64,000 bases of DNA from Nitrospinales bacterium (GTDB lineage: Bacteria; Nitrospinota; Nitrospinia; Nitrospinales; VA-1): the NCBI GenBank assembly GCA_965223345.1, contig CBDCWG010000012.1:1472001-1536000 (forward strand), read 5' to 3'. Both the position numbers and the translations under genes were made by a program. Positions 9,314 to 18,466 of this stretch are shown here, in pieces; position 1 is the first letter of the stretch, and each line of letters opens with the position of its first letter. The notes under the pieces are model-generated. The model did no database searches and was not told the origin of the DNA. It worked only from the letters and a program-made list of their open reading frames with translations.

Positions 9314-9586
9314 CTACACGGTTGTTGCCCATTTGTGACCGTGGTAACCGTAATAACAGGTCCACCGTCCGGTTTGTCGATTGAATTTGACGTAGTTGTA
9401 GGCTCCTCTTTTTCCAGAAACGACTTTCTTTGCAATGTTGGAGCACTTCATTTGCTTCACAAAACTTATCTTTCCAAAGGAACTACCCGGGCCAACTGAA
9501 GAGGAGGGTGCTGCACCTGTGGTACTGGACATCATGAAAGTAGTGACTGCTGCGACCGCGACTGCCAAAACGATTGCTTTATTCAT
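9314..9586 (-). CDS. Small secreted cationic Cys-pair peptide (array member 1)
   Basis: RBS AAGGAG; signal with AAVTTFMM shared with member 4; C-x28-C ending GRWTC. Confidence 0.8.
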   Translation of the reverse strand: MNKAIVLAVAVAAVTTFMMSSTTGAAPSSSVGPGSSFGKISFVKQMKCSNIAKKVVSGKRGAYNYVKFNRQTGRWTCYYGYHGHKWATTV

Positions 9587-9675
9587 TTTTAATTCTCCTT
9601 TTCGAAAGTTGTTTTAATATTTAAATCGTTTTCCCGTTTCTTTCTTTGCAGTTCTTTCCTTTTATAGAGCCGGTG

Positions 9676-9690
9676 GCAATAAATATGCCA
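9676..9690 (-). promoter_or_regulatory. Putative sigma54 (-24/-12) promoter of the peptide array
   Basis: TGGCAT-ATTTA-TTGC on the minus strand, about 90 nt upstream of the first ATG. Confidence 0.65.
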
Positions 9691-9776
9691 ATTCCGACTT
9701 AAGATACATTTCGTTTTGTTTTCGGATATTTATAAAAGTGTGTTTGTGAAAAAAAATTGCGGTAATAATTTAAACA

Positions 9777-9808
9777 CCATGCATGGACCATGCATGGTCC
9801 ATGCATGG
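9777..9808. repeat. Perfect 32-bp palindrome made of 3 x CCATGCATGG at 11-bp period
   Basis: CCATGCATGG-A-CCATGCATGG-T-CCATGCATGG read directly. Confidence 0.95.
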
Positions 9809-10019
9809 ACCCGGTTATTGATCAAAAAAATATGAATCGTTTTTCAGAAAGTTTAATTCTTTTCTTACGAAGAGTTCCTGGATAGCATTGTTGGTTTTAT
9901 AAAGTGGCAAACTGTAGAGTACTAAGAAAGAAATGGTGTCGGAGGGATGCTCGAATATAAATAAGATTTATTTGCTTCCTTAAGTTAGTCATTTAAGAAC
10001 ACAGACTTGCGTGAACCTC

Positions 10020-10035
10020 TGGTATGGAAACTGCA
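10020..10035 (+). promoter_or_regulatory. Possible sigma54 promoter of the UndA-like gene
   Basis: TGGTAT-GGAAA-CTGCA with correct GG-N10-GC spacing. Confidence 0.45.
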
Positions 10036-10109
10036 TGACGAAATTGCCGAATATTAATAAACAATGAATTCATTCTAACAATCCTATTTCCCATACTACG
10101 GAGGAGACC

Positions 10110-10850
10110 ATGAAGATCACATTGACGGAGCATCCAAAATGGCTTGCAGAATTTGTTGATGAAATTGCGGAATATGAAAAAAATATTCTAGAAGGAAACT
10201 GTTTCGGAAAAATGATTAAAGGGGAACTTCAAATCGACACATTTCGTCAGATAATGATCGATTTTTATCCCCTTGTAGAGAATTTCCCCAAATACATGGC
10301 CCTGGTATTGTCCAAGGTTCCTATGGAGGATTCGGAAAAAGTGAAAATGGCTCGTGGCTGGTTGATTCAAAATCTCAATATCGAGCGTTTGCATGCAGAT
10401 TGGTACAGAGAGTGGATCTGGGGATTCGGTGTTCCCAGGGAGATAACTCAAAAAGAGGTGTTCCCGACTCCGTCCGTGGACGCCGTGAATAATTATCTTT
10501 GGAAAGTTTGTACCTATGGAACCCTGGCGGAGGCCATTGCGGGCCTGAATTTCGCGATCGAGGGGCCGACCGGAGAATGGTCCAAACGGGTCTACGAAAA
10601 TATTCGTAATTATCAGGGGGTGGAAGGTGTGGAATTGACTGGCAAATCCCTCATTTGGCTGAAAGCCCACGCCAAGTACGACGACCACCACCCGGAAGAG
10701 GCTCTGGAAATTATTAAGGCATTTGCAACCACCGAAGAGGAGCAAGAAAAGGTCAAAAGGGCCATTAAGAATGGAATGGCGTACTACGCGATGGCAGCGG
10801 AAGCCAGTTACAACAGTGTTTCCAGTGAGGATAAATTGAAGGTCGCGTAA
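10110..10850 (+). CDS. Heme-oxygenase-like diiron oxidase (TenA/PqqC fold), UndA-like fatty-acid decarboxylase homologue
   Basis: MARGWL..N..IERLHAD, NFAIEG.TGEWS, WLKAHAKYDD.HP.EALEII match UndA iron-ligand motifs; RBS GGAGGAG. Confidence 0.8.
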   Translation: MKITLTEHPKWLAEFVDEIAEYEKNILEGNCFGKMIKGELQIDTFRQIMIDFYPLVENFPKYMALVLSKVPMEDSEKVKMARGWLIQNLNIERLHADWYREWIWGFGVPREITQKEVFPTPSVDAVNNYLWKVCTYGTLAEAIAGLNFAIEGPTGEWSKRVYENIRNYQGVEGVELTGKSLIWLKAHAKYDDHHPEEALEIIKAFATTEEEQEKVKRAIKNGMAYYAMAAEASYNSVSSEDKLKVA

Positions 10851-11561
10851 ATTCTAATGAAAGAATCTTATATTTTGTGTAAGTAAATATTGAATCAGTA
10901 TATTTTTTTTTAGTTAACATTTCTGTCTACTTTGAGTTATCCCTCATAATAGGTAGATGAGGGCAGATATCATTTATTTCAGGGGGTGGTGCAGAGTGAC
11001 CTCCCCACTCCCAAAAAAATTGGTTCGAAGTTATGTTGGAATTTGAGCCTGTAGCTTGTTAAATGGGAGTAGGATTTGAGCAGGAATTTGATTCAAGCGA
11101 CCGGGTAGGAATATTATTATCCCTAAAAGGTCATACCTACTTTAATCTGTAAAAAATAGTTTCGATTATCGACAAGATTAGGGGCCTATGGGGGGACAAT
11201 TTTTTGGAGGTGCTCCCCCAATTTTACTTTGGGAGTGAATTAGCAATTTAGGATAGGCCTAAGCTTCTGAACTTAGCACAGCTGGTTGTCTTCCTCTCAA
11301 ACGGTAAAAAATGGGGGTGAGGTGGGCATCGGATTATATTCTTGATTGCATACGGATTTCCCTTATTCGTCAATTGATCTGGTCTGAGGTTAAAAACAAT
11401 CAGTTGAAAAATCAGTTGCTTCAAATGGTCCTGAAATGGGCCACTTGGCTACATAAAGGGACTGTTTTCCACAACAAAACGCAATAAACTAAATCTACTA
11501 AGAGCTTATTTTTATTGTTGTTGGTTGTTGTGATACGTTGCTGATTTTTTTTTATGGTTCG

Positions 11562-11608
11562 GACTCTTAATCAGTAGGTTGAAGGTTCGATTCCTTCACG
11601 GCTCACCA
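11562..11608 (+). mobile_element. 3' fragment of tRNA-Lys(CTT); probable att junction of an island lying to the left
   Basis: Anticodon loop CTCTTAA, T-arm GAAGG-TTCGATT-CCTTC, 3' acceptor ACGGCTCACCA; D-arm and 5' acceptor strand absent. Confidence 0.8.
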
Positions 11609-11618
11609 GATAGTTCAA

Positions 11619-11652
11619 GGGGTCACCGAAAATTCGGTGACCCCATTTTTTA
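11619..11652 (+). terminator. Rho-independent terminator after the tRNA fragment
   Basis: GGGGTCACCGAA-AA-TTCGGTGACCCC followed by a T run. Confidence 0.85.
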
Positions 11653-12182
11653 TTTATAATCTGACTATTAAATGGCTGCTTTTGTCCGGCAGCAGACTTT
11701 CGTATGGCGAGTATGAAATGTATAACTTCATAGAGGGTCGCTCACCTCTTTAGCCCTCAGTAACAATCCCTGCCTGTCTAGACTTTCGAAGAAACGCCTC
11801 CGTCACGCGGCGATCACCCCCTAGCCAATGTTTTCGTCGGGAGCGACGCGGCGGCGCTTGCAGCCCTATGGGGGTGGCGTGTCGGGCGGCGAGTTGAACG
11901 AGGGAGCTGCTCCCCAAAAAACACCGCAAAGTTGATCCTCCCCCTTGAGAAATTTGTTGTGCTTTTTCGAGCTGGATTTGTGACAAAGCCTCAGCCCTAA
12001 AAAGTGGGGGGCCTATCCTCGCAGGTTGACTTTAAAATTCTAGTAAAAGATTAAAAATATTGAGTTTATGCCGGTTTTGGTGTGTGCCTGGCTTGCTGAA
12101 AAATCAGAAATATACCTATTGTTTTCACAGCTTTAGAAGAATTTAATAGAGGTAGAGTTGTCGGGTTTTTTGAAAAATATCT

Positions 12183-13754
12183 GTGAAAGCAATTATGGCC
12201 TGGAAAAAAACATTATTTCCAATGTGGGGGTTTGTCCTTTTAAGCCTGGTCTGCGCTTCAATTTTCTTTTACATGGATCTTCTCCTGCCTCTTGGATTCG
12301 CAGCCGGGATTACATACATCACTCTTGTTTTGATCGGTTTGTGGTCAGAATCCAACAAACTCATCCTTGTTAATTGCCTTTTAGGGACGCTTTTAACAGC
12401 GCTCGGTGCTTATCTTTCTCCAGAAAGTCTGGATTTGACTCCGGCGGCTTTCAACCGACTCTTGTCGATTGGAACTCTGTGGCTCACAACTTACTTTTGT
12501 TTGATCAGTCTGCGGTGGACAAAGGAAAAATACCGCGGTGATCTTCTTGAAAAGGCCAAAATGCGGCTAATGGAAGAGTCGGGGTATGTTGAGTTGAATC
12601 GTGACATTGCTTCGATTGCAAACTTATCTCTTTGCCTGGATGATGCCTTTACAAATAGCTTGCGGAAGATATGTGAGTTCGCAGATTGGCCCGTCGGGCA
12701 TCTATATATCTTAAAAGAAAATGAACAGACCTTGGTTCCTTCGGGTATCTGGTATTTAAAGAATAAAAATAAGTTCAATAAATTTTGTAGCATCACTGAT
12801 GAAAGCAGGTTTAACCCCGGAGAAGGTTTGCCTGGGCGTGTTATGGCGGATGGAAAGGTGCACTACATTGAAGATTTGCAAAATGATGCCAATTTCCCTC
12901 GAGGTTTGATTGGAAAAGAGATCAAACTGGTTTCTGGCTTTGGATTTCCCATTCTGATCGGGGACAAGGCTGTCGGTGTTATGGAATTTTTTTCGTCAAA
13001 GCATATAAAACCAGGAAAGAGATTTATGGAGGTAATGGAAAATATAGGAATCTTACTGGGACGTGTTATTGAAAGAGCGAAAGCCGATGAAAGTAATGAG
13101 ATTTACAATCACCATCTGCGAAAGCTTTACCACAAGCTCGATTCTATCCGTGAAGAAGAAAGCAAGCGAATTGCCAGGGATGTCCATGATGAAATGGGGC
13201 AATTGCTGACAACTTTAAAAATCGAGTTGACTTTGCTGGATGACAAGCTGGTCGATGATAGCTGCAATTTACGCGATAATGTCAAAATGATGTACGACCT
13301 CATCGATAAGAATATTCAAATTGTAAAAAAGATTTCTCAAGAGTTGCGCCCTCCTGTGCTGGATTCCATGTCGTTAACAGAGGCAATCGAATGGCAGGGC
13401 AAGTTATTCCAAGATAAAACAGGAATAAAATTCAGCTTGTCTACTTTGCCAGCAAATATTCGTATAGACGCTCAGAGATCAACCTCTCTTTTTCGTATAT
13501 TTCAGGAGTGTTTGACAAATATTTCGCGCCATTCGGAAGCCAGCAATGTCCATGTTGAGATATTTAAAAAAGATGCGAATCTGGTTATGCAGGTTCAAGA
13601 TGATGGCAAGGGTATTTCCAAAGAAGAAATCACAAACAGCCAGTCCCTCGGTTTATTGGGTATGAAAGAGCGGGCTCATATGTGGGAGGGAGAAGTTGAG
13701 TTTCAGGGAGACAATAACCAGGGAACAACGGTTACCATTAAAATCAAATATTGA
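12183..13754 (+). CDS. Membrane GAF sensor histidine kinase (HisKA_3, NarX/UhpB type)
   Basis: N-terminal TM helices, GAF (GEGLPGRV), RIARDVHDEMGQ H-box, QECLTNI.RHS, DDGKG, GLLGMKERA. Confidence 0.9.
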   Translation: MKAIMAWKKTLFPMWGFVLLSLVCASIFFYMDLLLPLGFAAGITYITLVLIGLWSESNKLILVNCLLGTLLTALGAYLSPESLDLTPAAFNRLLSIGTLWLTTYFCLISLRWTKEKYRGDLLEKAKMRLMEESGYVELNRDIASIANLSLCLDDAFTNSLRKICEFADWPVGHLYILKENEQTLVPSGIWYLKNKNKFNKFCSITDESRFNPGEGLPGRVMADGKVHYIEDLQNDANFPRGLIGKEIKLVSGFGFPILIGDKAVGVMEFFSSKHIKPGKRFMEVMENIGILLGRVIERAKADESNEIYNHHLRKLYHKLDSIREEESKRIARDVHDEMGQLLTTLKIELTLLDDKLVDDSCNLRDNVKMMYDLIDKNIQIVKKISQELRPPVLDSMSLTEAIEWQGKLFQDKTGIKFSLSTLPANIRIDAQRSTSLFRIFQECLTNISRHSEASNVHVEIFKKDANLVMQVQDDGKGISKEEITNSQSLGLLGMKERAHMWEGEVEFQGDNNQGTTVTIKIKY

Positions 13755-13761
13755 CAAGACA

Positions 13762-14406
13762 GTGGCGAAAAAAACAGGGCTGATTCGAATATTAATTGCT
13801 GACGATCATCCGGTCTACCGGTTAGGAATTCATCGTGCCTTTTCTGGAGACAGTTGTTTTAAGGTGGTCGCGGAAGCTGAAAACGGTCCCGAATTATTAA
13901 AGATAGTTAAAAGTGTGGAAATTGATCTTGTGTTGCTGGATATCACAATGAATGGAGAGTGGAGTTTGGATTATATGAAGGAGTTGAAAGACCAATATCC
14001 CAACTTGCCGGTAATTGTTCTGAGTGTCTATCCGGAAGAACATTTTGCCATGCGTTATATCCAGGCTGGAGCTTCGGGATACATCACCAAAGAAAGTTCT
14101 CTGGAGATTTTGAAACTGGCTGTACGAAAAGTGGCCGCGGGAGGCAAGTTTCTCAGCGAAGAGTTTATGGAAAAGTTGGCGTTTAATTTTTCTAACGAAG
14201 AAAAACAACCCCATGAATTTCTCTCCGATCGAGAATTTCAAGTATTTCGCCACCTCGCTTCTGGCAAATCCGTATCCGATATTGCCAAAATGTTATTTTT
14301 GAGCGAAAAAACAATAAGCACTCACCGCTCGCACATTCTAGAAAAAATGGGCTTACACAGTACCGCTGAACTCATTCATTATGCATTGTTCAATAAGTTG
14401 ATCTAA
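13762..14406 (+). CDS. NarL/LuxR-family response regulator
   Basis: ADDHP, LLDITM, GASGYITK, LSDREFQV HTH; GTG start inferred. Confidence 0.92.
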   Translation: MAKKTGLIRILIADDHPVYRLGIHRAFSGDSCFKVVAEAENGPELLKIVKSVEIDLVLLDITMNGEWSLDYMKELKDQYPNLPVIVLSVYPEEHFAMRYIQAGASGYITKESSLEILKLAVRKVAAGGKFLSEEFMEKLAFNFSNEEKQPHEFLSDREFQVFRHLASGKSVSDIAKMLFLSEKTISTHRSHILEKMGLHSTAELIHYALFNKLI

Positions 14407-14917
14407 GGTATTAAATAAACACACCTTCCTGGTTTCATCGAGTTGAATCTGCTTTTTTAAGGTTCTTGGTTAGCGTTCCCTCCTGATTCCCTCACGTAGT
14501 GTCAGACTGCTCCTACCCGCCTCTCAGTCTTTTCCTTGCTCAAAAATAATCAATATTGGCATTTGAAAATCAGGGTTTTGAGGATATCTGCGTGTCCTTT
14601 CCTTAATTAGAATCCCCCAAGATTCATTTTCCTCCGGTCATTGGTATGAAAAACGATAATTCCAGGATTCAACCAGAGTTCGGGACTTGCCCTCCCTCCC
14701 CGCCTGGTGGCGGGGGCTCTGATTGAGTCCTGGAGTTTTATTGTGATTTCAAACCTTTAAGCGGGGATTGCTCATTTTACGCAATAAATACGGCATTGGC
14801 GAAAGGAGGTCTTTTTTATTGCAAGTTGTGTTGATGGAATTTGCCATCAATCGGTTATCCGGAATTCGAAATTTCGGATCCATTCAATCTAAATCACACT
14901 TATGAATGGAGATCATT

Positions 14918-17900
14918 ATGAGGTTAAACAGAAGGAAATTCTTGCAGGTGAGTGCTGGTGTAGCGACAGCTATGGCCCTTTCAAGCAAGAAAGTAGGAGC
15001 TCAGTTAAAGCCCGTAGTGAAGGTAGGAAACCCTCTGGAGTCCTATCCGGATCGTCGATGGGAAGAAGTTTACCGCGATCAGTATAAATATGAGCGGTCC
15101 TTCACCTATTGTTGTTCTCCGAACGACACCCATCAGTGTCGCGTGCGTGGATTCGTGCGTAACGGCATCCTGATGCGTATCGAGCAGAACTACGACCATC
15201 ACAAAGTTCGCGACCTTTACGGCAACCAGGCCGACGCAGCGTGGAACCCGCGCATGTGTCTGCGTGGCATGACGTATCCCCGCCGCGCATACGGTCCTTA
15301 TCGGAACAAGTATCCGATGATCCGCGTTGGCTGGAAACAGTGGGCGGACGACGGTTTTCCGTTTCTGGATAAAGAAAACCGCGAAAAATATAAGTTCACC
15401 AGCCGGGGCACGGACGAGTTCGTTCGTTTGACCTGGGATCAGACCTTCACCTATCTGGCGAAAGGCCACGTGGCCGTTGCGAAGGCATACAGCGGCGCCC
15501 GCGGTGCTCAGCGCCTGAAGAACGAAGGTTACCAGCCTGAAATGATCGAAGCGATGGGCGGTTCCGGCCCGCGTACTTTCAAGTATCGCGGTGGTATGGG
15601 ACTTCTCGGCGTTATCGGTAAATACGGCATCTACCGCCTGGGCAACCAGGTGGCGCTTCTGGACTCGATCATTCGAGGCCGGGGACCGGGACAGGTATTG
15701 GGCGGCCGCGCATGGTCGAACTACACCTGGCACGGCGATCAGGCTCCTGGACATTCCTGGACGCACGGAATGCAGACCTCTGATATCGACTTCGCGGACC
15801 ATCGTTATGCGAAGATGACCATTCAGTGGGGTAAGAACCTGATCGAGAACAAAATGCCGGAAGCCCACTGGTACACCGAGATCATGGAACGTGGCGGTAC
15901 GCTCGTTGCCATCGCTCCGGAGTACAACCCGCCGGCCACCAAGGCGGACTACTGGGTTCCCGTACGTGCAGGCCTGTCGGATATTTCCATCTTCCTGGGC
16001 TGCGCGAAGATCATCATGGAAGAAGGCCTCGTCGATGTGGACTACGTGAAAGAGTACACCGACATGCCGCTTCTGGTGCGCACGGACACGCTGATCCGTC
16101 TGCATCCGGACGATTTCATCCCCGGCTACAAGGCTCAGGCCCTGCCGAAAGATGGAATGACATCGAAGTGGATGTCCAACTTCAACCGTGACAAAATGCC
16201 CGATTTCGTCGTGTGGGATACCAACTCGGACAAACCGGTTGCGATCAACCGCGAAGACATCGGCGCGAAGATGAGAAAGAAAAACATCGATCCGGCACTG
16301 GACGGTGTTTATGACATCAAGCTCGTCAGCGGCAAGACCATCACCGTCATGCCTCTGTATGAGATGTATAAGGTTCATCTGAAAGACTACGATCTGGATA
16401 CCGTTTATCAGATCAGTCACGCCCCGAAAGATCTCGTGCTTCGCCTATCTCGCGACATCGGCACCATCAAGCCGGTTGAGATCCACTACGGGGAAGGCAT
16501 CAACCATTACTTCCACGCCACGATGCACAACAGGGCTTCCTATGTGCCCCTGATGCTGACCGGTAACGTAGGCCCGAAAGGTTCTGGATCTCACACCTGG
16601 GCGGGTAACTACAAAGCCGGCAACTACCAGGGTTCGCACTGGTCAGGGCCTGGTTTTGCCGCGATGGTCGCGGAAGATCCCTTCAACACCGTTCTCGATC
16701 CGGCCAAGAACATCGACTGGAAAAACGTGAAGGGTTACCTGAAGGGTGAAGAAGTCGGATACTGGGCGCACCGTGATAAAGCACTCGTCGTCAATACCCC
16801 GCGGTATGGACGCAAAGTGTTCACCGGCCGTACCCATATGCCGACGCCCACCAAGCTGGTTTGGTTTGTTAACGTTAACGTCATCAACAACGCGAAGTGG
16901 TTCTATGAGCTGGTGTTCAACACCAATAACAACGTCGATATGATCGTGGCTCAGGACATCGAGTTCACCGGATCCTGCGAGTACTCGGACATCGTTTTGG
17001 CGCCGAACTCCTGGGCGGAATTCGAGTCTTACGAGATCACGTCCGCGTGTTCGAACCCGTTCCATCAGATCTGGGGCGGAACCGGCATCAAGCCGATTTT
17101 CGACACCATCGACGACAACCTGATCCACCGCGAGTTCTCCAAGCGGTTGGCGGAAGTGACCGGTGACAAACGTTTTGCCGATCATATGAAGGTCTATGAA
17201 GGCGAAGCGCCCAACCGCACGAAAGCCATGATCCGTCGTATCTTCACCACCTCCACCACGGGGATGGGTTACAACATCGACGACATCATCAACGGCAAGT
17301 ATGGCGAACCGGGCGCCTGTCTTTTATTATATCGTACCTACCCGCGGTCTCCGTTCTGGGAGATGTTCACGGAGTCGAAACCTTTCTACACTCCGAACGG
17401 TCGTATCCAGTTCTACAATGACGAGCCGGAAGCGATCGAGTGGGGCGAAAACTTCATCGTCCATCGTGAAGGACCTGAAGCCACGCCTTATCTGCCGAAC
17501 GTGATCGTATCCACGAACCCCTACATCCGCCCGGATGATTACGGTATTCCGGAAGACGAGCAGGATCCGGATCTGCGCCACGTCCGCAACATCAAGAAGC
17601 CCTGGTCGGCAGTGCGTACGACCAAGAACTTCTTGTGGGAGAAGGGGTATCGGTTCTACTGCGTCACTCCGAAATCCAGACATACCGCGCATTCTTCCTG
17701 GGCCACCACGGACTGGAATATGATCTGGAACAACAACTTCGGCGATCCTTATCGAATGGATAAACGGTCTCCGGGTGTTGGTGAGTGGCAGGTTCATATG
17801 AACCCGTTCCTGTGTAAAGACCTGGGTATCAACGACGGTGACTATGTATATTGTGACGCGAATCCCGCCGATCGACCGTACATGGGTTGGAAACCGTCCG

Positions 17901-18379
17901 ATCCGAGGTACAAAGTGGCACGGCTCATGCTGCGGGCTAAGTACAACCCGGCGTATCCGTACCATACCACCATGATGAAGCATTCGACGTGGATGGGGAC
18001 CGAACGCACCGTTAAGGCACATGAAGAACGCCCCGACGGCCGCGCCATGTCCATGACCACTCCGTATCAGTCCAACTTCCGGTACGGCGGTCAGCAGTCC
18101 ATCACGCGTTCCTGGTTGATGCCCATGCATCAGACGGACAGTCTGTTCCATAAGGCAAAGTCCAAAATGAAGTTCCTCCACGGTTACGAAGCCGACAACC
18201 ATGCGATCAACGCAGTTCCGAAAGAGACGCTGGTTAAGTTTGCCAAGGCCGAGGATGGTGGTCTCCATGGTAAAGGACTCTGGGAGCCCGTACGTACGGG
18301 TTACACTCCGGAGTCACCGTTGAAAGACCGTTTCGCGGAAATGTACCTTGCAGGTCAGTACGTCCGCGTGAAGATTTAA
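14918..18379 (+). CDS. nxrA: Nitrite oxidoreductase alpha subunit (periplasmic type, Mo-bisPGD)
   Basis: Tat motif RRKFL; CCSPNDTHQC...MCLRG Fe-S motif; WHGDQAPG Mo-ligand region; followed by nxrB and nxrC. Alternative start 14906. Confidence 0.97.
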   Translation: MRLNRRKFLQVSAGVATAMALSSKKVGAQLKPVVKVGNPLESYPDRRWEEVYRDQYKYERSFTYCCSPNDTHQCRVRGFVRNGILMRIEQNYDHHKVRDLYGNQADAAWNPRMCLRGMTYPRRAYGPYRNKYPMIRVGWKQWADDGFPFLDKENREKYKFTSRGTDEFVRLTWDQTFTYLAKGHVAVAKAYSGARGAQRLKNEGYQPEMIEAMGGSGPRTFKYRGGMGLLGVIGKYGIYRLGNQVALLDSIIRGRGPGQVLGGRAWSNYTWHGDQAPGHSWTHGMQTSDIDFADHRYAKMTIQWGKNLIENKMPEAHWYTEIMERGGTLVAIAPEYNPPATKADYWVPVRAGLSDISIFLGCAKIIMEEGLVDVDYVKEYTDMPLLVRTDTLIRLHPDDFIPGYKAQALPKDGMTSKWMSNFNRDKMPDFVVWDTNSDKPVAINREDIGAKMRKKNIDPALDGVYDIKLVSGKTITVMPLYEMYKVHLKDYDLDTVYQISHAPKDLVLRLSRDIGTIKPVEIHYGEGINHYFHATMHNRASYVPLMLTGNVGPKGSGSHTWAGNYKAGNYQGSHWSGPGFAAMVAEDPFNTVLDPAKNIDWKNVKGYLKGEEVGYWAHRDKALVVNTPRYGRKVFTGRTHMPTPTKLVWFVNVNVINNAKWFYELVFNTNNNVDMIVAQDIEFTGSCEYSDIVLAPNSWAEFESYEITSACSNPFHQIWGGTGIKPIFDTIDDNLIHREFSKRLAEVTGDKRFADHMKVYEGEAPNRTKAMIRRIFTTSTTGMGYNIDDIINGKYGEPGACLLLYRTYPRSPFWEMFTESKPFYTPNGRIQFYNDEPEAIEWGENFIVHREGPEATPYLPNVIVSTNPYIRPDDYGIPEDEQDPDLRHVRNIKKPWSAVRTTKNFLWEKGYRFYCVTPKSRHTAHSSWATTDWNMIWNNNFGDPYRMDKRSPGVGEWQVHMNPFLCKDLGINDGDYVYCDANPADRPYMGWKPSDPRYKVARLMLRAKYNPAYPYHTTMMKHSTWMGTERTVKAHEERPDGRAMSMTTPYQSNFRYGGQQSITRSWLMPMHQTDSLFHKAKSKMKFLHGYEADNHAINAVPKETLVKFAKAEDGGLHGKGLWEPVRTGYTPESPLKDRFAEMYLAGQYVRVKI

Positions 18380-18466
18380 ATCTGGTGTGTGCGGGCCTCT
18401 TTTGGGGCCCGCCGCATCCGGTAATTTAACGGAACTGAACAAACAGTAAGCTAAGGAGGTACGATA

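Noticed and set aside
10851..11470. Several short hairpins in AT-rich DNA
   Set aside because: No recognisable RNA family, ORF or integrase remnant
11530..11608. Intact tRNA-Lys gene
   Set aside because: No D-arm or 5' acceptor strand; anticodon stem broken on the 5' side
14903..14905. In-frame TGA before nxrA as selenocysteine read-through
   Set aside because: It would bury the Tat signal, the position is not catalytic, and no SECIS-like hairpin is recognisable
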